DNA of 64,000 bases from the human T2T-CHM13v2.0 reference genome, Homo sapiens, in the NCBI RefSeq assembly GCF_009914755.1, contig NC_060930.1. The stretch is one strand, 5' to 3'. Position 1 is the stretch's first letter, and every line of letters starts with the position of its first letter. Position numbers and translations under genes: made by a program. Shown piece after piece: positions 50,311 to 64,000 of the stretch. The notes under the pieces are model-generated. The model was not told where the DNA came from. It did no database searches and worked only from the letters and a program-made list of their open reading frames with translations.

Positions 50311-52860
50311 ACAGTGAGAACACATGGACACAGGGAGGGGAACAACACACACTGGGCCCTGTCACGGGGGTGGAGGAAGGAAGAGCATCAGGATAAATAG
50401 CTAATGCACGTGGGGCTTAATACCTAGGTGATGGGTTGATAGGTACAGCAAACAATGGCACATGTTTACCTATGTAACAAATCTGCCCGTCCTGCACATG
50501 TATCCCAGAACTTAAATTAAAATTAATTTAAATTTTTAAAAAAGAAAATTAAGCTAGGACACATGTTGTTAAACATTTCATATTTTTCAAATAAATAACC
50601 AGGCTACTTTGTTATATTATTACACTGAAGAAAATAGAGTGCTTCTACAGATGATATAATCTTTGTTCATTTTATCCCCAACAATTCACGAGCAAGATTT
50701 GTGTACTAACAAAGGAGAACAGGTTTTATTTGCAGCCACCTTCTTCTATTGCCTCTTCTCCAATCCTTTTAATTTTCCTAAATTCTGAATCTGTTCTGGG
50801 AAAGCATAATTTTCATTGTATCCATTGTTTTCCATCTTCTGCAGGACCTGTGAAGCTTAGCCGCATTCTGCTAAGTTCTTGCTAACCATTACTCAATCTC
50901 CATCCTTCATAATGTGACAGTCATTTCTTTGTTTCTGCCATGAATTGATTAATGTGATACCCACTCTTAACCTGTGCTTCTGAGACTGCTTAGTGTGTGT
51001 AACCTAGTAAACATCAGATAAAAGCCTACAGTACAGCTCATTTGCAACACTGCGTATGGTCCTGGCTGGGAAAATACACTGGAAGATATCCAGCTGTGTG
51101 TATAAATCAATTCCTTTCACACCCATGAAAAGCTGGGTATTCCTGCCAGCTGGAGCTGTTGGCAGACGGAAGGCTGTGTGTGAAAACTTCGACAGTTGTT
51201 TGTAATAGTTCTAAAAGATATAAATAGAATTACAGCAAAGAATAGTGAAAAATATTCCTTGTGCACTACTACTCTACTGAAAACCTATGCTTCAAAAAGT
51301 GATACATAACAACTTGTAAAGCCACATAGAGAAATTTGGATCTGCTGCAGGATTTCCATTTATCTATTTAATTTGTTTTAGCACTCAATAGGTCTTTATT
51401 TTCTTCCATCTATAGAAAGTTTCGTAACCCTTTCTGCATATCTCAAAGATTAAAGTGCAAAGTGAGAATACTAAAAATTTTATTAAGCACAAAGTGCTAT
51501 GCACAAGCTTGACTATTGACAGCTTAGTTGCCACCACCTGTGTATTACCTGTAGTAGAAGAATAGCCAATATTAAAATTTCCCTGGGTTATGGTGGAGCA
51601 TTTGTATTTTTGGAAGAATTTTTTAATCCAAATTTCTACTACCATATACTTCTCAATTAAGAACAGAAAAAAACACTACAATATTACAATAAATTCTAAA
51701 ATGATATGAGCCAATTTTCCAAAAGTACTGAGTGAGCACTACCACATGTCCTTAGTCTTTGTGGGTAGCTCTGAAAGAAGTCTCTGGGTAACATCATGGT
51801 TGTTGTTTATACATGCTAAATTCTTTTCTTAGATGTTATTTAAACAATTTTTTAAAAATTTTTATACTTAGAAAAACAAGTGAATCACTATTAACAAAAC
51901 TAAAATAAGTATCTAATGTATACTTGTTCCATAGTCCAGAGATCCAATAAAGATGGTCATTCAGAATGCTGAAGGAAAACAACCCCAAGAGCAGAGATGG
52001 CAAACAAACTTCATCTTTCATACCAGCTGTCATCAATTAATTGTGGCCTCCGAAGCTGTTCATGGAGCAGAATTTTGAGGCCTTACCAAATTCAGCTGGA
52101 GAAAATATGGATTTATTACTAATATCTGACAGTAACATGGCCAAGACAGTGTTGAAGATCTCCTGTCTACATATTTTTTAAATATAGTTTCACAGACCAA
52201 AGTGAAAGAAATTAAGGTACAGTAGAAATCAGAGATTAAGAAGAAAACAAATTTGAAAATGACACCAGGTACACGTGTTTGTTATTAAAAGTCTGCTGTT
52301 GACACTGGCAACAAGAAAAGTAAAGAAAGGCTGGACAAGAAGTCAGAAGATATTTTATAAGAAGATATGTTTTTTAAATAGAATTACAAGGTAACCTCAG
52401 AGTTTAGATACTGATTAAGCCCCAGAACGAAAATCGTTTGCCCTGTTATAAATGTCTGTGTCATCAGTAATTGACTGATACTAAAGTCAGTTCTCAAATA
52501 CTTAATAGCTGATTGAAGGGCGTGGGAGATGCCCAAGAATATTTAATTGACTTGCTCTTCAGAGGAGGGCAGTATTAAAAATTAATTTTTAATTATGGTC
52601 TGTTATAAAGTCAACCAGACAGAAAATATTGCCAGTATTATCTACAGACATGTCATTATATTCCTGGATTATTGAAGCAGGAAGCCACTAAGAAAAGTCT
52701 ATTTTTAATTTGGATCAAATATTACTCCAATTTTGGAAGCAATAGCAAGAATAATAATAGCCTGGGAAAATTTAGAGTCCTGAGCCCAAAATACCATGGA
52801 AAATCCTACTCAATTGATTCTAGCCTGCCATTCCATTCTCTCTAGCCCATAGAACACCAT

Positions 52861-53174
52861 TGTTTTAGTCAGAGTTCTTCAGAGAAACAGAAGCAATAGC
52901 GAGTGTGTGTGTGTGTGTGTGTGTCTGCATACCTACGTGTGTGTGCGTGTGTGTGTGTGTGTAAAGAAACCTATTTTAAGGAGTTGGCTCAGGTGATTAG
53001 GGAGGCTGGTAAGTCCAAAACCTATGGGTGGACTTTGCTTTGCTTTACTCAAAGTCTATTGATTTAAATGTTAATCTCATCCAAACACACCCTCAATAAA
53101 ACATCCATAATCATGTTTGACCACAGTATGTGGCTGTGTCTCAGCCAAGCTGACACATAAAATTAAGCATCACA
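52861..53174 (-). mobile_element. MLT2-family (ERVL) solo LTR with internal deletion and internal (TG)n
   Basis: Runs tgttttagtcagagttcttcagagaaacagaagcaatag...gctgacacataaaattaagcatcaca. 5-bp TSD accat (52856-52860) / accac (53175-53179). Confidence 0.88.
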
Positions 53175-53324
53175 ACCACCAACCGAAGAGAAACGAAGAA
53201 ACCACAAAAGTAAGTCCAAAGTTTGATATGTCCTTACTATGTGAAAGCATCATGGAAACTTAGAATGTGTCTTCTTTGCTTGAGGATTCAACTAGATTAA
53301 GTTCTTCAACTATTTGTTGCACAT

Positions 53325-53909
53325 TATTGAAGATTGTATTCTATAAAAACGAATGCAACAATATCTTCCAGTATCCACTTTTCCATGTGACTTTGTTATT
53401 TTCCCATCAAGAGGAGGGGTCTAATTTCCTTATCTTTGAATCTGGGCTTTCCTTGGTGATTCAATTGTAACCCATAGAATTCAGTGGCATAGATTCAGTG
53501 GCACTTCCTGACTTCTGAATGTAGGTCAGAAAAAAACAGGACCATTCCCCTTGGTCATTTGAGCACTCACTCTCAAGATGCTTTCCCGTCACAGGTGCCC
53601 TGCTGTGAGAAGTCAAAGGAGAGACTAAGCAGGGGCTTAGGTCAGCAGTTGCAGCTAAGTTCATAACCTGAGTTATCCTACCTCAGATTCCAAGCATCTG
53701 AGTGCAGATGCCCGAGACCGTTTCAATCCTCAGTCATTCCAGTCACCCTCAGCCATGAGAATCTTCCAAGCTGAGACCCTGGACAACATGCCGCAGAGAT
53801 AAGCTACCCTCACTATGTTGGCCATAGAATATGTGAGCATAATGAAATAGTTGTCACTTTACACTACTGAATTTGGAGTGTTTTGTTAAATTACATGGAT
53901 AACCAGACC
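53325..53909 (+). mobile_element. MLT1 (MLT1G/H-like) MaLR solo LTR
   Basis: Contains catgtgactttg...cccatcaagaggaggggtctaatttcc...tttgaatctgggct...cttccaagctgagaccctggacaacatg...atttggagtgttttgtt...gataaccagac. Confidence 0.75.
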
Positions 53910-55251
53910 AGCTGGCAACTGTGTATAGGCAATATACTAGGCACCATGAAGGATAAAAATTTAAATTTGAAAAAGTTATTAATGTTGCATCTAGGAGTTA
54001 AAAATATAAATATAAAACTTCAGGAAATAATAAACAGCTCTTTTTTAAAAAATCGAAACAGACCAATTCCTAAGCCCCAAGGGTACATTACACTTGCTAA
54101 AAAGTAGCACGCACAGTATCAACATAATGGTAATATAGTTAACATAGTACTTTATTTTAAAAGTAAACAAAAATACAGTTTGTTTGATTTTTGCAACTCG
54201 TATCACTGGCTATGTGCCCTCTCTGCTTCTTTGCACATTCTCTTTTGATGTTTTTTTTCTTCATTGAATAAAAGAAAACCCCAAACTGTCAGAGGCAGTG
54301 GCTACCCAAGGCCACTGTTAGCACAGGAGTAAGTAAGAGGAGAATCAAAGAGGTTTCTTCTTCTTTCCCAATGCCAGGGAAGTGGGAGAGCAGAAGGCAA
54401 TCAAGCAGAATATTTCAATAATTCATTTTTCTATTTCATGTCCTTCATCGTCTAATAGAACACAATATTTTTTAAAAAATCTGTACAGAGAGTACCTTGT
54501 ATTATAAATCTTGTTTCACTAGGTTGTAAACTCCTAAATGACAGGAAGTCTGTCTTTTTTCTCCCCATGTTTTGAATAGTGTCTTATATCCTGACCTCTC
54601 AAATATTAAATCAGTCAAGTCTTGGAACAAAGAGTATTCAAAAAATGGTTTTTTTTTTTCATAACATACTGGGTCCTTTTGCTTCCCAGCAAAGATAATG
54701 AAAGGTCTTAATCATATTATAGGTGCCAACTTTTCATTTCTCTGGCAAGTGCCTTGGTAGTAAATCCAAATCAAACTCTTATTGCAGCAAAGTTAGGTTG
54801 CTAAAATGACCAGAGTAGCAGGTCATCTTAGCCATCTTCCCTCATCTCCCAGAGAGTGGGAGATTGCTCCATAAACCATGTTCCTCGATGCTCATCCAAC
54901 CCTATTTTAAGTGATGAATATAATGGCCTAATAGCCTTTTCTTTAAGAAGTCTGTCATGTTCTTCAGTCTGGACTTTCAAAGTCTAAAGGACAGAAGCAC
55001 TCTGAAACCATTCTGACTTTCAAATTTGAGGGGCTAATAAATGTCAAATGCAGGGTCAGAACATATTAAAGTAAATGAAGCAGTTTGGTCACTCTTAAAC
55101 ACAGAGTCAAACATATAGCAGAAGGACAACCTTGTCACTAACAGAAGTGTCTGGATAATTATCTGACCTTTCCTGTAAGACCTTGGAGCATCTTTGCTTG
55201 CAGGCATATAGGAAGCTCTCTAAGTAGAAGCCTCTCCTCTACAAAAGAAAA

Positions 55252-55254
<3 letters not shown>

Positions 55255-55286
<32 letters not shown>

Positions 55287-55290
55287 TGTG
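55255..55290. repeat. (TG)n microsatellite
   Basis: Directly visible. Confidence 0.9.
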
Positions 55291-55605
55291 ATCATTTTTT
55301 AAGAAGCATAAAAGAAATGGGAATACATGTATGTATACAATACCTGAAAGAAAAAATAGAAAAAAATAAGATGCACTGCTTAAATGGTATCATCTAGTAA
55401 TACAAAAGAGAAGAAAAATTTATACAAATGAATTGTGTGTATATACATAAAAAAACAAAATTGTGATCTTTAGACTAAAATTGAGAGTGTGTGCTATGCA
55501 ATATCACATCTGAAAATGCTCAAGTTGTAATCATAACATTTCAATACTAATTAACATTTTTCCTCAACATAAAAGTTTTCACAAATTAAGAGTATTTTGA
55601 ACAGA

Positions 55606-56158
55606 CGGCATTGTCTAGATAATTTATGGGGTCTGTTAACAAAATGAAATTCAAGGCCCCTTGTTCCAAAATTGGAAAGAAGCTTTCATGTTTCTTCTAC
55701 AGTTCCTCTCCTAACCTATCATGGTATTTTTTGCTTAGGTTGATTTATCCACCTTTATATAAACAAATTATAAAATGTGCATATATGTAAAATATAATAT
55801 TTTATGTATTTGTTCAATGTCACACACCCTTGGGCATGGAGATTCTTTCAGGGTAAGTGCAGACCCTGACAAGCACCAGGCATCTCACACTGGGACCCTA
55901 ACGCTTCCCACACCCAGGTCCTAACCCTCACTCAGGGTAGAAGGTGACAGAGAACCCATCCTGGGGAAAGTCAAGCCCCTGGCACATGCTCCTTCATCTC
56001 ATCAGATTTCACTTACAAAACACAAATTCAAAAATACAATTATGAAGAATTTTATAACAGTGATTATATTATAGAGCAATAAACTAAAAGCATGGGGTCC
56101 TTCGGAGAGTGGGGCCCTGCGTGACTGCATTGGTGATATGCCTGTAAAGCCAGCCCTG
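55606..56158 (-). mobile_element. MER45-family non-autonomous hAT-Tip100 DNA transposon
   Basis: The right end ...ggggccctgcgtgactgcattggtgatatgcctgtaaagccagccctg is the reverse complement of the MER45 start. The left end is cggcattgtctagataatttatggggtctgttaacaaaatgaaa. Degenerate 8-bp TSD tgaacaga / ctaacagg. Confidence 0.75.
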
Positions 56159-56344
56159 CTAACAGGCAACATTTGGAAAATATAGCCTTTAAGCTTACTA
56201 CGGTATTTAATGCAATTTAATATTATGCCTTATTGGTTCTAAGGTTGTGTTTTCTCTTGCTTGTATTCTGGAGGGTTTTTTTTTTCTACTTTAAGGATTT
56301 TTTGTTTAAAGTTTTTAGAAATTTTCTTTTCTAGAATAAACTCA

Positions 56345-56652
56345 CTTAAAAGGATGTGATGACTTTCTAACAGGTCAATTAGGCTAGGTTGAATCCAACT
56401 GCCCTTTGTTTATGTTTAGGATTAGAGTAGGCCTCTGGAGAAATTACAATGGGACATTTGGAGGGCAGGTGTGAAGTAGCCACCATTTTGGAGCTCATAC
56501 ACATTGTTGCTTGTCTGTGGCTCATGCTGTTGGTGAAGCAATGGCCAGGCCTCCAACTGACTTAAAGCTCCAACATCTGGCACAAGACAACAGCCATACA
56601 GGAGCTGCTTACTCAGGTACCATAATTGAATAAGGACAACTCCCTATAACAA

Positions 56653-56702
<50 letters not shown>

Positions 56703-56734
56703 TCTGCTTCTCTGACTGAATTCGAACTGGTACA
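56345..56734 (+). mobile_element. Old ERVL-type LTR remnant (LTR16/33/41-like) containing (CA)n at 56654-56700
   Basis: Its terminus ttctgcttctctgactgaattcgaactggtaca resembles ERVL LTR 3' ends. The 5' boundary is uncertain. The (CA)n is directly visible. Confidence 0.45.
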
Positions 56735-58104
56735 ATGGGTTATTAACAAAACAGGAAACATTATGTGATTTGGACGCAGGATAAGTACATTTCCTAGTAA
56801 TTTTATGGTTTGTATATAAAGACTGAGATAATTTCAAATAAAATTTGAAAAGTGTCCTGTGTCTTATAATCAGGCTTTAAAAATTTTCTGCAGCATTTAG
56901 GACCAGATGGTTCTCAATATCCCATCTGCCTTAGTCTCCTCTGTCCCTGTTCTTCAACTCTACCTCATATGAACTCCTTGTGTGCTAGCTATTCTCCAGA
57001 ATCCTTCCCTCTACAGACCTGCATCTCTTTAATTTAGAAAATGTGCCCCCAGTCATAACAACAAATGCTTTTGCAGTAATATTCTCAGTTGATATCTGCA
57101 TATGATGTCTTCAATTTCAAATTTTACATGTATGGAGAGTTTGTCTTTTCTAGGACACATAATTTTCCAATGCAATATTCTGCTTCATTAATACCAAAAA
57201 ACAAGGGAAGACAGTTTTGAAGCCCCATGATATTATGAGAAAAATGAGTTAGTCTCCAAAGAGTTGTGTATTCCAACCATGTCAATAGATATATCAATAG
57301 TAAAAGGCCTTTTCTACATCTGCAAAAGATATTTAAACTTTGTGGGACATTTTATTCTTTTTATATATTTCCATTCAATTCCTTCATAAATATAGATTGG
57401 GCAGCATTTCATAACTCCAAGAAAAGAGCTCATAAATAAGTCTTTATTGTGAATTATTTTCCAAGAAATATAAAAGTCCCAAGATAATAGGTAATAGGCA
57501 GATAGTCAATTTTAATTTACATCTATTCCTTAAGTCATTTTCACTCATTTTGTGTCTGTGTCTCCTCTAAGACACTTTAGTTAGCTCTAGGTGAGCACAT
57601 AAAACGAAGTTGCTGCTTGTCCTCTGAAAACACTGCAAAAAATGAATTATGAATATTTAGAGTAGCTAGCTGATGCATTTGCATTTTTGTTTGTTTTTAT
57701 TTTCTGCATTTCAGCAAAGTTACAGGTTCACTTTCAAATTCCAAATTTACTTGCAAATATGAAATTACTTTGTGATTTACAATGTCTTTCTCCAAACTGG
57801 TCTTGAGGTCTTTACTTGTGTGGAGCCTAGAGGTCTCATTGTCTTTACATAATGCCTAGAACTTTAGGGAACACCCCTACTTTTTTTCTTAATTAATATG
57901 TATAATTTTAACATGAATATTTTAAATAGTGTAAGGTCTCAAAATCTAAATATAACTAGAACACCTTCATTTTCTAGGATCTTTTCACCCTGTCTCAACT
58001 TCTAGGAATTTCTGTCCCTACTTTATTATGACCAATTTTGTATGTTAGGTTGCTAGTTTATTGGTATTTCAACATGGTTCACAAAGGAACTGTTACAAAT
58101 ATTT

Positions 58105-58266
58105 AAAACGTATGTGATAAAAGATACGTAGAAATAAATTTTTATGACCAAATACCATACAAATAATTGTAGGGGTTCATGACAAAAATGTATGTGGTGA
58201 AAGATAAGTAAAAATAAATTTCAATAATCAAAAATATATAAATAATTGTAGAGGTTCATGACAAAA
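58105..58266. repeat. Diverged 79-bp tandem duplication (2 copies)
   Basis: aaataattgtag(g/a)ggttcatgacaaaa at 58161 and 58240; gtatgtg(a/g)t(a/g)aaagata(c/a)gta(g/a)aaataaattt occurs in both copies. Confidence 0.85.
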
Positions 58267-58321
58267 GGGGAAAATCACAAATCTTCAAGCAATAAAAACG
58301 TGTAAGCAAGGCTGTGGTCAC

Positions 58322-60722
<2,401 letters not shown>

Positions 60723-62369
60723 CACATTCATACAGTTTCTAAATGAATTCAAAGTGTTTCAGAAACAATTGCTCTTAAATTCCAAGTGGTATTAATTTAG
60801 GAGACTTAAGTACTGAATATAATTTTCAAAAGTACAACAAATTCAGAAGTTGTTTCTAGTAGCTTTCTTCAAATAAAATTTAGAGCATAGCCTTCATAAA
60901 CACCTCAGTGGAAACAAGGCTTCAGGAAACCTGGAGACAGCTATAATTTCCAACAACTAAATTGCTGAGTTTATTTGCAAACATAATGTTTGTATATCAA
61001 ATGACTAATGTATAAGTATTTTATTCATGCAATTGATGGAAAAACCACCTTCCATGATCTGTAAATAGAAGACCTAGGGGATTCCACACACTTGAAGCTT
61101 AACATTTATAAGATATTTCCAAATGCATCCTAAATTCAAACCTGTTGCTTCCATCCGCCTTCAGATAATTTTGTCAGAGCAATTGAGTCATTGAGTATTG
61201 TATCTATCACCCAACCTGTAAGTAAACTAAAGTTGGCTGGTTAGGAAAAAATCATATTGCAAGCAATTTTGTAGTGATTTATCCAAAACTATTATAGCCT
61301 AAGATTCTTTGAATTAGACTTTCTGCTTAAAAATTGAAGATTAAGTATTTGCATATAAGAAATATTTTATTTTAGATCTTTGAAAAATACTTGTTACCAT
61401 CCTAGAATGGCTCTCAACATCATAATCACATCTATTTCAAATATATTTTTGGATCATGCAACTTTATATATTTATAACTCTCAATTATTCTTTAAAAACT
61501 TCAATTATAAATGTCTGCTTAAAACATAATATGTTTATTTAAAAATCTCCTCCAATGTTTATGTGTGGAAGTATTTTTCATGCTACGCTAACCCACACTT
61601 TTCATTTATGTACTCTTATGGCATTTCTAGATCACTGGGCTTTTGTAATTCAATACATGGTGCTCTTGCCCCTGAAGTGAACAGTAAGAAAAGCAGCACT
61701 TGCAAAATTAGTTTTCAGTCCATTAAAGTGAGTTCTATGGAAGGTGCTTTCCTGATCATTTGAATCGTGTTCATCGTTTGTTAGTGATGATGCTTGTTTC
61801 ACACATGATGTCCAGGGCTGTCGCCTCTGACATTGTTAAGTCAGAAAATAACTGAAAGCAGAGTCAGATCAGGGAATCATCTAAAGGAACCCAGACATCC
61901 TCTGGCACCCTCTGCATAAAAAACACCAATTTGTATTAACTTGGGAAAAGACTTGGCTAAAAACGATTTTAGTCATTTTTAGGCTGTCACTGTCATTTTT
62001 ATCTCCCGGAAATCATTTATTAATTATATTAGTTTTTTAAACGCTTGTAATTGATGATATGCACAGAGAAGAAAACATATGAAGTGTTGCATTAAACATA
62101 TACTCACAATAATGCAGTAAATTATTTTAACTATATATTTTCAAATTTTATGTGACATGTTTGGATAAATTCAGACTAGTCCTCTTAGATCACAATAAAA
62201 ATGTAAGGCCATGTTAAGAAAGAACAAAGTTATTTTATAATTACAAAGCAATTATGGTAGAAATTTATAGGTTTTGATATTATTATTTATTCAATGCCAA
62301 CTGAGTACCTAATACTATATTATTTTTATATTATATATAATATTATATTTTAAGCATATAATAACATAT

Positions 62370-63030
62370 TATGTGCAAAGTATAGTTCTAAACAAAGGAG
62401 ACAAAAGAAGGTAGAGAATATGGGCTCTGCTCCCCAAAGGAGCTAAAAATCTAGCAGCAGAGACAAGGAAAGCACGCTTAAGAAGTAATCTTATAACACA
62501 GAGCAATTAACAATTTATTACCAAATAATGAATATAAAATCAGAGTTTCCAAGGTCAGTATAGACTAAACTGATCAATCCTAGGGCGGAAGCCATTCCAC
62601 ATGTTTTGTTCATTCTTGGTAGATTATTGGTATTTCAAGTAGTCAACTAGATAGAGGAAGGTTTGAAGTTCAAGATCCCACTTCCTATGCCCCACATATC
62701 AACTCCTTTACCTTCCATATACATAACAAATAGCAAGCTTTCCCTGAAAAATAAAAATAATGGATTTTCAGCCACATTAAACTGAACCTTCAAGTGGGAG
62801 CAGAATGTACAATGAATTGAGAGGATATTCTGGGCAGAGGAAATGGTGTGAGCATAGCTCAGAGTCTGTATTCACAAGACTTTATGGAGGGACAAAAATT
62901 AGACCAATCTGGTAAGAGCAAAAGATTCACATAGCCAGGAAGTGGGAGAAAGCAGTGAACCAGTAGATTAGGGTCAGGATGCAGAGAGCTATAAACATGT
63001 GTCTAAGGAGTGTGGTGTCCATTAAAGGAT
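62370..63030 (-). mobile_element. L2 fragments
   Basis: Contains atgtgcaaagtatagttcta...gctctgctccccaaaggagctaaaaatctag; ggatattctgggcagaggaaatggtgtgagc; gtagattagggtcaggat. Confidence 0.55.
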
Positions 63031-63054
63031 TATTTTTGAAAGAGGTGTATTGGC

Positions 63055-64000
<946 letters not shown>

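Larger units (their letters stand above)
44120..50542 (+). mobile_element. Full-length LINE-1 (L1PA11-13-like), inactive
   Basis: The 5'UTR starts ggggaggctccaagaaggctaactagaaacagctgc, followed by ORF1/ORF2 remnants. The 3' end reads gagcatcaggataaatagctaatgcacgtggggcttaatacctaggtgatggg. Perfect 13-bp TSD agaaaattaagct at 44107-44119 and 50543-50555. Confidence 0.96.

Noticed and set aside
53479-53503. Short duplication attcagtggca x2
   Set aside because: Trivial slippage inside an MLT1 LTR.
58105-58266. Spaced direct repeats resembling a CRISPR array
   Set aside because: Only two copies and the 'spacers' are homologous too, so this is a simple tandem duplication in eukaryotic DNA with no cas genes.

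Overview
AT-rich, CpG-depleted primate genomic DNA, most likely human (Alu, THE1/MST MaLR and L1PA elements are present). It looks intergenic or deep-intronic. I see no host protein-coding gene, CpG island, rRNA/tRNA or CRISPR array. Every recognisable ORF in the track is a decayed transposon product (L1 ORF1/ORF2, THE1-internal ORF, Tigger1 transposase, antisense Alu) or a chance short ORF. Roughly half the window is nested transposable elements. These include a full THE1 provirus with an antisense THE1 solo LTR inside its 5' LTR (611-3267) and an ancient MLT1 provirus split by a full-length L1PA8-like LINE (about 13935-22559). There is also a second full-length L1PA11-13-like LINE (44120-50542), truncated L1PB/L1MC copies, eight Alu/FLAM copies, MST/MLT1/MLT2 solo LTRs, Tigger1, a MER45-family hAT, and MIR/L2 relics. 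I cannot support a genuinely new biological system from the sequence alone. The best leads are local: the LTR-in-LTR composite carrying an intact DUX4 motif, a 59-bp micro-L1 insertion, template-switch duplications and a de novo G4 motif in L1 ORF1, several motif-dense unique segments that look like enhancers, a candidate non-coding exon, and a helically phased palindrome triplet. Subfamily names come from my recollection of consensus sequences, not from an alignment.
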